DNA of 64,000 nt from Lingula anatina (taxonomy: Eukaryota; Animalia; Brachiopoda): positions 3,162,001 through 3,226,000 of the forward strand of contig CM120645.1 of assembly GCA_051362555.1 (NCBI GenBank). Direction: 5' to 3'. Position numbers and translations under genes: made by a program. Numbering within the stretch: the first letter of the stretch is position 1; each line of letters opens with the position of its first letter. This document shows, piece by piece, positions 40,101 through 52,100 of this stretch. Below the pieces are notes generated by a model. The model ran no database searches and was not told the origin of the DNA. It worked only from the letters and a program-made list of their open reading frames with translations.

Positions 40101-43100
40101 AGTGGCACCCTTTCCTCCTCGTACATAATACACAGATTGCCTGCAATGTTAACCATAATATTTAAAGAAGTACCTTGATTTTTTGTCAGACAGTTTTTAC
40201 ATAAATTGCAATGCACATTTTACTAGTCAATTCCTTTGCAATACTTAATATGAATTATAGGTTTTTTTTCAGAAAATTGGGTAATACATAGCAATTTAAC
40301 TCTACAGCATGCAGTTTTATTTAAATGTACTTAGGTTTTAGTTTCAATATAATTTTTCCACTCGACTCAATAATTCAGGTATACAAATTGATTAATTGAA
40401 AGCAGTATACAAATATTGGAATGTTGTTAAAACTGGAGATGCTTTTGGGGGAAAATAAAAATAGACTAAATGTAGGTCCTTACTTTAAGACCAAAATTTT
40501 ATTCTTCTTTGACTGGAGATAAAATCACTAATAGTCCAGTTAAATTTAATAATGTCATGGACATTATCTTTGGACAGCAGTTACCATATAGATTTATGGA
40601 TTTATCAGAAAATGAAATACTATAAAGTCAAAAATACTGGTCCTAAAAGAATTAAGAAGTTCAACATTTTTGGTCTGTATAGTTACATGTATGGTTCTTG
40701 ACAGTGTCTTGTTAGATTGAAATGTAACAGAGAGCACACACGAGGTGATTGGGTTGAAGTTCCTGTCACCCCAGATAAGTTTTGATTGGGAGAGCATGAA
40801 AACAATGGAAGTCTGTCACTTTGTCTCAGTTAGCTGGCATGAAAGTATGTGGACGGATCCCACCCAAAGTTTCTTTCTTGTAAAAAAACTTCACTTTATT
40901 GTCAATTGTAGGGATTTAAGTTGGAAGCAAACAGGTCTGGGACTGGTCTTATGCTTGTTCGTCAGAACTGCGTGTCTTTAACAATTATTGATATAAGCTG
41001 ATATTCACTGTATAGATAGCAAAGATTTGTTTTTGACAGACTTGCAATAATTTATTTCAGAAAGACATTTGAATTCTACATTTGATGGTGCTTGATATGA
41101 GGGACTTTTATTTTATTATTTTATTTATTTATATATTTATTTATTTATTTTGATTGACTAATTATTTATAAAGATAAAAAGTGCAGTTCCATAGATTCAG
41201 GGGGGGGGGGGGGGGGAGAGGTTTGAAAGAACCCATTGCTGACCTTAAAAGGTCTGCTGTTCATCAAAATTTGATCTCAGTTCTGTACCACTTCTCACGT
41301 TGTGCCAATTAAGGTCATGAAAAAATGTCCAATTTTTCAGAAAAAGGAACTCCTCATTGAAGTTGCTGGCTACATGCCTGATGTATTTTGGTCAAATAAA
41401 AAGTGTCTATACTTTCTGCAAAATGTGATATCCTACTATTGCAAATGACTGAATAAAACTTATTCAAGAAGACCTCACAGGTAAACTAAAGCAATATAAG
41501 TAATGGTAATTACACAGTATTTTCAAAGCCCTTACTGTTTCTCAAATTTTACTCTTTAAAGATTTATCATTTTTAATTGCTTAAGAAAAATGTACTTTAC
41601 AACTAGAGATAGGTAACTTCTCAAACATTTGACTTAAAATTCCTAAGTATGTATTACTCAAGAAACAATATGTGGTGAAAATTTATCATTCGTTTTGTTC
41701 AAATTTAAGTAATAACTACCGTAACCATCTCTTAAATTGTTCAACTTTGTATGAAGGAAGGTTGGTGATTTAACACTCCTGTTACAAAAACCTAAATGAG
41801 GATCAGTTAAGAAAAAAAAAACTGAAGGAAATGTAGTCTTGGCATTTCAACAAAACAGTAATTTTTATTGTGGGTAATCAGAGTCCCATTCTGTCCTCCC
41901 ACTAATGTTTGGATTTCAGTCGACATACACAGGCGTACTTGCATGATTGTCTGTACTCACTTTGTAGCAGAACTGTGTCTCCGTGTGTGTGTGTGTGTGT
42001 GTTTTTTTTTTCTCGCATGACGGTAGACTTTGACAGAAGAATGCTTCTTGTTACTTCACCAACTTGGTGGGAGCTGCCAGTTTGTCATGTTAGCATTTTG
42101 TTTAGTAAGTTCAGACGTAATACACGTCTGGATTTAAAATTTAAAAAATCAAAATAGAAAAAAATTCTTAGCAGTGTCACGGGGAGTTCTACACTCTTCC
42201 GTTATTTTATTTGTTCAAGGGAGTGATGATTTTGTTTTATTTCTGAAAATATTTACTTTAAAAAGTAACCATTAAGAGATTAAAGGTGAATAACATGACG
42301 GAGTACCACTCATTGGCCAATGTGGGCTGTACGCCACTCACACTTAAAACCTTAAGTATCAATATATGAAGTTACTATTATAAACATGACCCATTGTCAT
42401 GTCTCAATAAAAAATCCCTAGAGAAACAATTTAAATGAAAAATTTATTAATTTATTGTTTTATTTTTTGTCGTTGAAATAAGCGTACCATTACAATCACA
42501 AGGGCAGCATCATACTCAAGTTAAAAGGCCCCTTGCCTCACATACCTAATCAAGTGCTTGTCTGGAACCCATTGAAGGCACTCAAGTTGCACTGATAGCA
42601 TTCATGCTCCATTAAACCTCAATGAGCCAAATCCTATGTCCAGCCCAGCCCACCTTTGCTTGACCACTGCTGGACAGCTCAGGTGTCTGTGGTCACTTGG
42701 TACTTGGTTGATACCTGATACGGTGTTAATTTGGATGGCTATGTTTTATCATTGGAAATGCTAGTTGTACCCCCTTGAGAGACAGTTCAGTGCAAAGGTT
42801 GCCCTCTTGGTGTCCAGTTGACCATTTGATGACCATGATGGGCTTACTTTCGGTTAGGTGGATAGGATACGGCACTGCATACTTTTGCTGGTTATATTGC
42901 ATGCTTTTAAATGCAGTCTGTGTTTCATAGCCATTTTATGACCTCGACTCCTGTACTGTAAACCCCCCCCCCCTCCTAAATATAATAGTCTCAGTTTTCA
43001 CAGTTATTTTTATGTGTAGACTTTCCTTTACATGCTTCTCACTCAGACTGGAAAAAGTTTTATAAGAGACTCACCCAAAAAACTTATTAGAGTCTCACTC

Positions 43101-46100
43101 GTAGAAAAAAAAAAGAAAACTTCCAGACAAGTGATAGATTTGTCTTTAGAATTGGGATAACTAAACTATGCTAATTGGTACTTGGGAACCACCCTTCTTG
43201 GCAAAAGTAAGTTCTTTTTTTATTGGCTTAAGTTTGCTGTTTTCTAGAAAGAGTACCAATAAGGTTACCACCTTGTAAGAAAAAACTTCAAAAAAGATAC
43301 AATGCATTTGCTTGATGGTTTTGGTTGAAAGGCATATACAGACATGTGCATATATCTTCATTAAAATCTACAGAAGGAAATGAAAGAAAGAACCCGACTT
43401 AAATTTATGCATTATATTTATATAGTTCTGATTTTAAGCTGTGCAGTGAACATTCTTAACTTGAAATCGCTTCACACCCCATGGTTCAAATGAGGTTTCA
43501 TCTGCCATTTTCACTCAAAATTCCTTCATTTCTCATATGCTCTAATATCTGTTCACACTTGTACCCTGGCAAGCGATGTCAGGTCCCGTGTTGATTTGAT
43601 GGGGCTGGAACTAGAGTGGATTCCTTTGAGTAATATCTATAAATCACAGAAATAAAAGAGTAACTGGAATTCTACAGCTGCAATGTGAGGTAATAAACGG
43701 AGAATACGGGCATGACCTGCTGTTCTAGCATGGCCACCAACTGGGGTCTCGTACAGATAATTGTCGCTACAGTTATTTTTAACGCCAACAAAAATCTTTT
43801 TAGAGATAAGTGTGTACATTAACTGTTATTGATACATTGGCCTTGCACTTTTATTCCAAATGTTGAAGACAAATTTTTGCTTATTTACTTTTTCATTTTT
43901 TATCATTTTTTTTTTAAATCTGGTTTTTAAATCTAATAAAGGCTTAAAATCCTAAAGGATTATTTTAACAAATCACACTTAGTTAAAGTTACATTTTGTG
44001 CAAGTCCTATTTTGGGGTGTTTTTCATGAGAGAGCATTCACCATGCCTGTTCCATTGGCGCTGGCAAAACTTGCTCTTTGAAAGAAGATGCTCTCAAAAT
44101 ATCTGTACTCCAAAGAGGTTGTTTCTCAGCCATAACATTTTCTGATCTTAGACCTGTAACCTTTAAGGGCGCACTTGAAGATGTTTTTCATACATTGACA
44201 TTTTAGAGAATTTTCGCATTACCCACGCAGCCAAATTTTTATATGTAAAGAAAATAATAAGCTTCTGCGAGAAGATATTTTTCAAACACTGATATTTTTG
44301 AAAAGTCATACTTTTAAATGCCATATTTGAAAGTGGCAACAGAAATATGTTTGGATGGAAATATGTTTCTAAGCTTTGGCATTTTATGTATCTTTTGGTC
44401 CAAGAAATTAAAACGAATATACATCAAGTAAAAAAAGCAATTTAACACCATTTAAAAGGATAATACTCTTAACATATTTACTTTTCATTGTACTGAAAGT
44501 GTTGTCTTGCTCAAACTAAATTACTGTTTGTTGAACAAAAAAAGTACTTTTAGGTGTTTTTCTGACAGATATACATGTCACTGAGCAAACGAAATAGTAG
44601 GCTTTGTAACAAATTGAAATGTACAGTATTTTTTCCTCATTCAGCAAATTTTCAGTCTTAGCTTGAGATGTGGTTTTAGTTGTCCGTCACTTGGGGCGAG
44701 CAAGTCATCTCAACAAATCATTTTGTGAATGAACACTTTTGCTAATAAGTGTGCCAATAATTTGTGTGTCCACTCTACACCTCAGAACCAAGTACTTAAT
44801 CAAAGCTCTTGTCAAGGCTTATCTGTGGGTTATGCCAGTCTTAAGTGGAAGAACTTGAATTGTTATAAAATTTTCCGTCACCAAGTCTTCAGATTTTTAG
44901 GTTGCTACGGGTTGCTTTGTGGTTGTAGCACACTGAATATTTTGGTATTTTTACAAACTAATAATATCTGCTGAAGTCTACCTGGACACCTGAAGTAAGT
45001 AACTCTAACACAAGTGAACAATAACTAACTACTGCACTACCTGTGCAGCTCTTTATTATAGTACCAGTTATGCAAATGACCCAATGCTACAAGTCCAATA
45101 AATATGATTGGCTAGTTTACCACTGCATAACCACTGCAATGCAACACTCTACCATAATTGTTTGAGATGTTATCACATAGCCATTATGTAAGTTCTACAT
45201 ACCTCCCCCCAGAACATTGAAAACATTTACTAAAATTAAATTAATAAAATCAATTGTTCAAAATCTTTCCGGCTTTTTAACTATTCTACCGGAACGTGTT
45301 TTAATTAAAGTAGGTGAAAGACATGTCTCTGGTTTTGTTTGTGGATTCACTGTCTGATTGTGCACTGAAACTGGATTGCTATAAGCTGGTTTAAGTCTGT
45401 CAACCGAGACACGAATTGTTTGTCCATTCCTTAATATATCAAAATATTTGTCGGAACGTGAAATGACAAGGTAAGGACCATCATATGGTCTAATCAATGT
45501 ACCTCGATGAGCATCATGTCTTACATATACATGTTCAGCTTGTTGTAAGTCAAACGGTACATATGTACCAATCTGCCCATGTCTAGATGGAGGAGCAGGA
45601 GCCAATTTCTGCATTGTTTGTTGAAGTTCTTGCACAAATTCATTGTTAGGAAAAAATTTGTCATCAGTTGTGTTCGGAATAAAGTCACCAGGTACTCTTA
45701 TATTTGTACCATAGGTAAGAAGTGCTGGTGATGCATCAATGTCCTCTTTCCATGTTGACCGGATACCAAGTAATACAATTGGTAACTGGTCCATCCATCT
45801 TGCATTGTCTAAACGTGTTTTGAGGGCTTCTTTCAATCTGCGATGAAATCTTTCAACCATGCCATTGGATTGTGGATGATAGGCTGTTGTTGTGTTAGGT
45901 TGAATGCCAAGCACCTTGTTAAGCTCACGCCAAAGTTCACTTGTAAATTGTCTACCTTGATCTGATGTGATGGAGTCTGGAACACCAAACCTTGATATCC
46001 ATGAGCATAAAAGAGCTTTGGCACAAGTAACTGCTTCTGCATTCGGTAAAGGTACAGCTTCTGGCCACCTTGTAAACCTGTCAACAATTGTCAGAAGATA

Positions 46101-49100
46101 TTTGTTATTTTCTGAAGGAGGAAGAGGTCCAACCAAATCAACATGAATATCACCAAATCGTCTATCTGGTGGATCAAAGGTGGTTAACGGTGCTCTAGTG
46201 TGACGTCCAATTTTACTTGTTTGACAGGCATGACAAGATTTTACCCAATTACGAATGTCTTTTTTGAGTCCAGGCCAGACATAACGACTTGAAATGGCAC
46301 GGATTGTTGGTTTTGTTCCAGGATGACAAAGATTGTGTATTGCCTCAAAAATGATCCTCGTCATTGAAGGTGGAACTACTGGCCGAGGTCGACTGGTAGT
46401 TGTATCACAGAGAAGTTTAACCTCACCAAAGTTGACTTCCTTTAACTTCAAAGATCCTGGATTGGCACACAGTTCAACCATCTTAGTGTCAGTCTTTTGT
46501 GATGCTGCTAACTGTGTAAGGTCAATTGTCGGCATTGTAGCTGTGGAGGCAATAAGTGGCTCATCAGTTTCCACTGGGGCTCTGGACAGAGTGTCTGGGA
46601 CAATGTTATCAGTTCCACTGATATGTCGTATATCAGTTGTAAATTCAGCAATAAATGATAATTGCCTCTCTTGACGTGGTGATCTGTCAGATGTACTCTT
46701 GAACGCAAAAGTGAGAGGTTTATGATCAGTGAAAATGGTGAATGGTCTTCCCTCCAAAAAATATCTGAAATGGCGGATGGTACTGTAAATTGCTAAAAGC
46801 TCACGGTCAAAAGTGGAGTATCGTTTCTGGGTAGGTGTGAGTTTTCTAGAAAAGAAAGCAATAGGTTTCCACATCCCTGATTGAAACTGAGAAAGTTCTG
46901 CTCCTATTGCGGCGTCAGAAGCGTCCACTGATATCTTGGTTGCTGCCTGTGGTTCAGGGTGATGAAGCATAGTTGCAGAAGCAAGAGCCATTTTAGCATC
47001 CTGAAATGCTAATTGGCATTCAGGGGTCCACTGCAAAGTCTTGGCTCTGCCCTTGGTAGCTTCAGTAAGAGGTATTATTCGATGTGCGATTCCAGGAAGA
47101 AAACGATGGTAGAAATTCAGCATTCCCAGAAATCTTTGAAGGCCTTTTTTATCCTTGGGTGGTGGAAAATCTGCTACTGCTTTCACTTTTTCTGCAAGTG
47201 GTTGAACTCCAGCTGCAGACACTGAATGACCTAGAAATTCAACGTCAGATTGTCCAAATACACACTTTTTCTTGTTAATAACAAGTCCATTTGTCCTTAA
47301 CAGGTTGAAAACTGCTTTAAGATCCTCCTCATGTTGTTCAGGTGTGGAACTTGCTATTAAAATGTCATCAAGATACACAAAACAACAGTCAAGTTCCTGT
47401 AGAATGCCATCCATTAATCTTTGGAACGCCTGTGCTGCATTTTTAAGCCCAAAAGGCATCTTAAGGAACTCATAAAGTCCAAAAGGTGTGATGACTGCAG
47501 TCTTAGGAATATCATGTTTGGCAACTGGTATCTGGTGATATCCCCGAATCAAATCGATCTTAGAGAATATTGTCTTTCCATTGAGTGATGAATTGAGATC
47601 TTGTATATGAGGTAGAGGATAACGATCGTCTATGGTGATGTCATTAAGTCGACGATAATCTCCACAAGGTCTCCAGCCACCATTGTTTTTCTTCACTATA
47701 TGTAGAGGAGATGACCATGGTGAAGAGGAACGACGCACTATCCCCAGATTCTCCATTTCCTTGAATTCCATTTTTGCTGCAGTGAGCTTTTCTTGGTCAA
47801 GACGACGTACTCTGGCTTTAACTGGAGATCCAACGGTTGGGATGTGATGTTCTACTCCGTGTTTATTTTCCTTAAAGGATGACACTAAGAGCTCCGGGTA
47901 GTGTTCTAATACTGCTTCGTATCTTGTGTGAACTTTGTGAATCCCTTGTTGCTGAGATCTAGTGAGGTGAGCATGAATGACCGTTTTTCCATCCAAAGAG
48001 ATTAACTTTCTGTTGGAAAGGTCAATGGCCAAACGATGAGTAGTGAAAAAGTCAGCACCTAGAATGGGTTGTGTGACGTCAGCTACCCAGAATTCTTGAG
48101 TGAATTTTGTTCCTTTCCCTAGTTTTAAAATCATCTTCCTTTTTCCGTAAGTAGGTATTTTTGTTCCATTTGCTGCAATAAGACTTGGGCCACTGGTTCG
48201 TTGTCGGTCAAATCGGTTAGCAGGAAAAACGGATTCTTCTGCTCCTGTATCTACAAGGAAAGTGCGCCCAGTGACAATATCAGAAACGGTGATTGTCCCC
48301 ATATTGATCGTAGAAATTTGTGGAGCATCAGATAGACCAGCAGTGCTCACTAATTTCTGCTGGCTTTGTCGTTTCCCTGTTGTCTTCGTGTAGACATTGG
48401 ACAAGGACAGCCATCAATGATTTGTTCACATTTCCTGGCTTTATGTCCGAACCATGAATGATATTTACATAATTTGAACTTGATAGTGCCAGTGCGTTGG
48501 TTCTGAGATTTCATGGCGTTAATTTCTGTATCAGTTATTGTTGTAAGATTTTCTTCAGGCACTGTGGTAGTCACAGAAATTGAAGAAGGGGTAAGAGGGT
48601 CCACTTCTAAAATCCGATCAGCCATTTTAGCTAAGGTGTCAAGATCAACTTCTGGTGATTGTGCAAGAATCCGTCTCACTTCTGTTGGCATCTGATTGAT
48701 GAATAATGTGCGAAAGAGTGTGCTTGGATCTGCATTTAAAGAGCGCATATGCATCAATAGTTCCGTAGGTCGTTTGTCTCCTAGACCATTTATATTAAGT
48801 AATGCTGTATCCTTTTGGTATTGTGTGGCTTCATAGGCTTCTAACAGTGCATGCTTTAGTGCTTCATACTTTCCTGTCTGAGGTGGTCTCTCAATTACTG
48901 ACTGAACACGTCTGGAGGTTGATGAGTCCAGGAGTTGCACTACATGATGAAATTTAGTCAAGTCATTTGTAATGGCTGGCTGGTGTGTTGCAAAGGATGA
49001 TTCCAGACGTAAAAACCAAGCAGATGCGTTTGTGTTCCAAAATGGTGGTGCTTTAAATGAAACAGCTGATATTGTTTGCACTGTAGAACCTTGATATATG

Positions 49101-52100
49101 TCCAGGGTTTGTTGTCTGATAGCATCTGCCAGCTGTTTAATTCCATCTGAATCCATTGCTCACGTCGGTGTCACCAATGTAGCACACTGAATATTTTGGT
49201 ATTTTTACAAACTAATAATATCTGCTGAAGTCTACCTGGACACCTGAAGTAAGTAACTCTAACACAAGTGAACAATAACTAACTACTGCACTACCTGTGC
49301 AGCTCTTTATTATAGTACCAGTTATGCAAATGACCCAATGCTACAAGTCCAATAAATATGATTGGCTAGTTTACCACTGCATAACCACTGCAATGCAACA
49401 CTCTACCATAATTGTTTGAGATGTTATCACATAGCCATTATGTAAGTTCTACATGGTTATTACATAGTATGTGCATGTGCATTTAAGTTTGCATGTGTTT
49501 TGTTGGGAATACAGTTTTCAGGCATTTGTCCTTGCATGTTATATACACATATACACACATGCGTTTGCACGTTCTGGGGTCTTGCCCTCTCTGACTTATG
49601 GATCTTCCTTGAGTTTTCCTTTAGTTTATGTGTACTTAGAGAACAGTGAGTTATAGCAGTGAGCAGATGTTTACTGGAATACTAACTTGATTTTCTACTT
49701 CAAAGTAGATGTGTTTACACAGTAGGGCTTGTGGTGCCTGGGCTGGGAAATTGAGGCTGCTAAAGATGCTGTAGTAATGTATAGCTTTAAAGAAGAAGAC
49801 TAAGAAAGAACGCAGTCTGGCTTATAATTTAGAAGTAGCATCTTTTAGGCATGCTACTGTTTAAAGCCGTGCAACCATTAAATGTAATTCACTTTGTTTC
49901 TCTTGAAATAACATTATAATGTGTCATTTTTTCCTCACATTTTATCGTAACAAGATTTCTAGTTTTTTTTATTTTTTAGAATGACTAAATTTAAGATTTT
50001 CACCAATTAACAACTATTGTTAAAAAATAATTATTCGTCACATTTTTCATGGCATGAATTATATTTAAACATATAGGTGTCAAGCCACTTAAGGCAGCAG
50101 CCTTAATTGTTATGAAGTGTAACACATGGTTAAGTCATTAAATACCTCATAACTTTGTCACCTCCTGTTTTGTTTTGTTTCATCGTCAAATGCAATATTG
50201 AATTTATTATTGTTATTAGTTATTATAAGTATCATTGGTGCAGAATTTAAACTGGGGTCATGATTTGAAAAAACTGATGGGATGAATACTTTAAGAACAT
50301 GTTGTCTAAAGTAGATCCCATAAACATTATAAGACTGTATGTATTTATGTAGGTTTAGTGGACAGAGATAGCATTAAGTTTTCATTAGATAATTGATCAA
50401 ACTGGAGAAAAATCTATCATGCAGTTTTTCTGTTTGGGTAAAAAGTAGCCTAGATTCAGGAGTGAATATTTACCTGTTGATATATGTATATTGAAGCAGT
50501 TAACTATTTATTATGTTCTTGGTTGAATGGAGTTTATCACTTATTTACATTTAACTCCAATATGACCATTACTTACATATTTGTGTAAAAAAGTTAAATG
50601 TGAGATTTAAAATTCACAAGTCTGCTTATTTCTTTTTAGTTATTGATCTTAATTAAGGATATTAAATTTCATAATTATATATATATACTCTAAGTAACAA
50701 TAATAGTTTTTTTCAACAATGCTTTTGAGTCAAAGTTGTACTCCAGTATATCATAAGACACCTTCTACAGCCACTGAAACATAGGGGTGGAGGCAACACT
50801 TAATTTAGTTGGTTTGAAAAAACCATTCTTGCAGACTTAATAAGATGTCTGAAATGATATTGTTCATGTAGTACATTGTATTTAATCTATCTCACAGGTG
50901 GGCGGGTCCCTCCGTTCCCCCTCCTTTAGTACCTTAAGTACCTATTAGAAATTTAAAATTTTAGGTGAAAACAATGATGAAACCATCATTGACTTACAAG
51001 TATGTACATAGATTTGTTTGTAACATTGTTGGATATAAGTTTTCTTATTAGCTCATGCAATCAATCTAAGGAAAAATCAGATGTTATAATCTAAGTATGT
51101 GAGGCCTAGTGCACATCTTTTTTAAAAAAAAAATGTTGTTAATATATTTGTAAAGATAAGTAGGATAAGTTTTATAATCTAACCCTACTTGTTACTGTTT
51201 GCTAGCTACTTAGTGCACCAAATCATTATACCTGTGAAGTGGTGTAACTATCAGACAGGTACAGCCCTCTCTCCCTGAACCTTCCCGCTTAGATCCAATT
51301 TTCACATAATGCCATTGACCATTATTACTATCAACCCGCTAGTAAGAGATTACCTCAATGTAGTTTTATCCTAATTGTAACTACTAGCACGGTGAAGGTG
51401 TACCAATGGTACTGTACTTTATTGGTGAAGCACTGCTTTACAGGTAGACCTTGGTAGTACAAGTTACAGCTCTTAGAACTGGCTTCATAATCCCAGTACG
51501 GCATGGTTTCCTTGCTTTCATGGCCACAGAAGGCAACCAAGCAATAAATCCCATGCCATTGTTAACCAAATTGCAATATTGAAGTCTAAATGTTACTCCA
51601 TTGGAACTCCACTACACTGATTATCTGTTAGAGGCATTCACCCCCGTCTGCCCCTCCCACTTTACCTCAGAGCTCACCAATCAGATGGTGGGTTCTGGGG
51701 TGGATATAATTTTTTAAAATTTGTTTTGCATGACCTTTGACCCTAATTATCTCTCACCAATCAGACGATAGGATGCAAATTTGCTGTCATGGCAACCAAA
51801 CCATTCCCCAGGGTTTGATTGGCCAGGCAGGACATTAACTCAGTTGGTTTGTGCATAATAACTTACTCTAATGGCCCTGGCACGCTTCCCTTTTTTTCTC
51901 CTTAGTTGATTGGCATGCTTGTTCCTGGCCAATATCCAATAAAATTTGAAGTAATGTTGTCTAAAAATTTATTTGGTCCTTATTTGCAGGGGGCGGGTCC
52001 CTCATAGTGCTATACAGACGTCAGTCATGGCCCCAGAAGTGTGCTGATGTAAAGCACTCCTTGTGCCAGATTCTGATCTTGTATACACTCTCTTACACAC

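Larger units (their letters stand above)
44924..49453 (-). mobile_element. Full-length Ty3/Gypsy LTR retrotransposon, CsRn1-like clade, 4530 bp, antisense in ADAMTS intron 25
   Basis: Two 276-bp LTRs (TG...CA), a 4-bp TSD TGGT at 44920-44923 and 49454-49457, PBS, PPT, intact gag, and pol with PR-RT-RH-IN order. Confidence 0.97.

Noticed and set aside
45200-45257. env gene or extra ORF in the retrotransposon
   Set aside because: Only about 58 bp separate the pol stop from the 3' LTR.
48378-48404. Independent start codon for pol at 48404
   Set aside because: It is a TTG inside gag; the slippery site and pseudoknot explain pol expression better.
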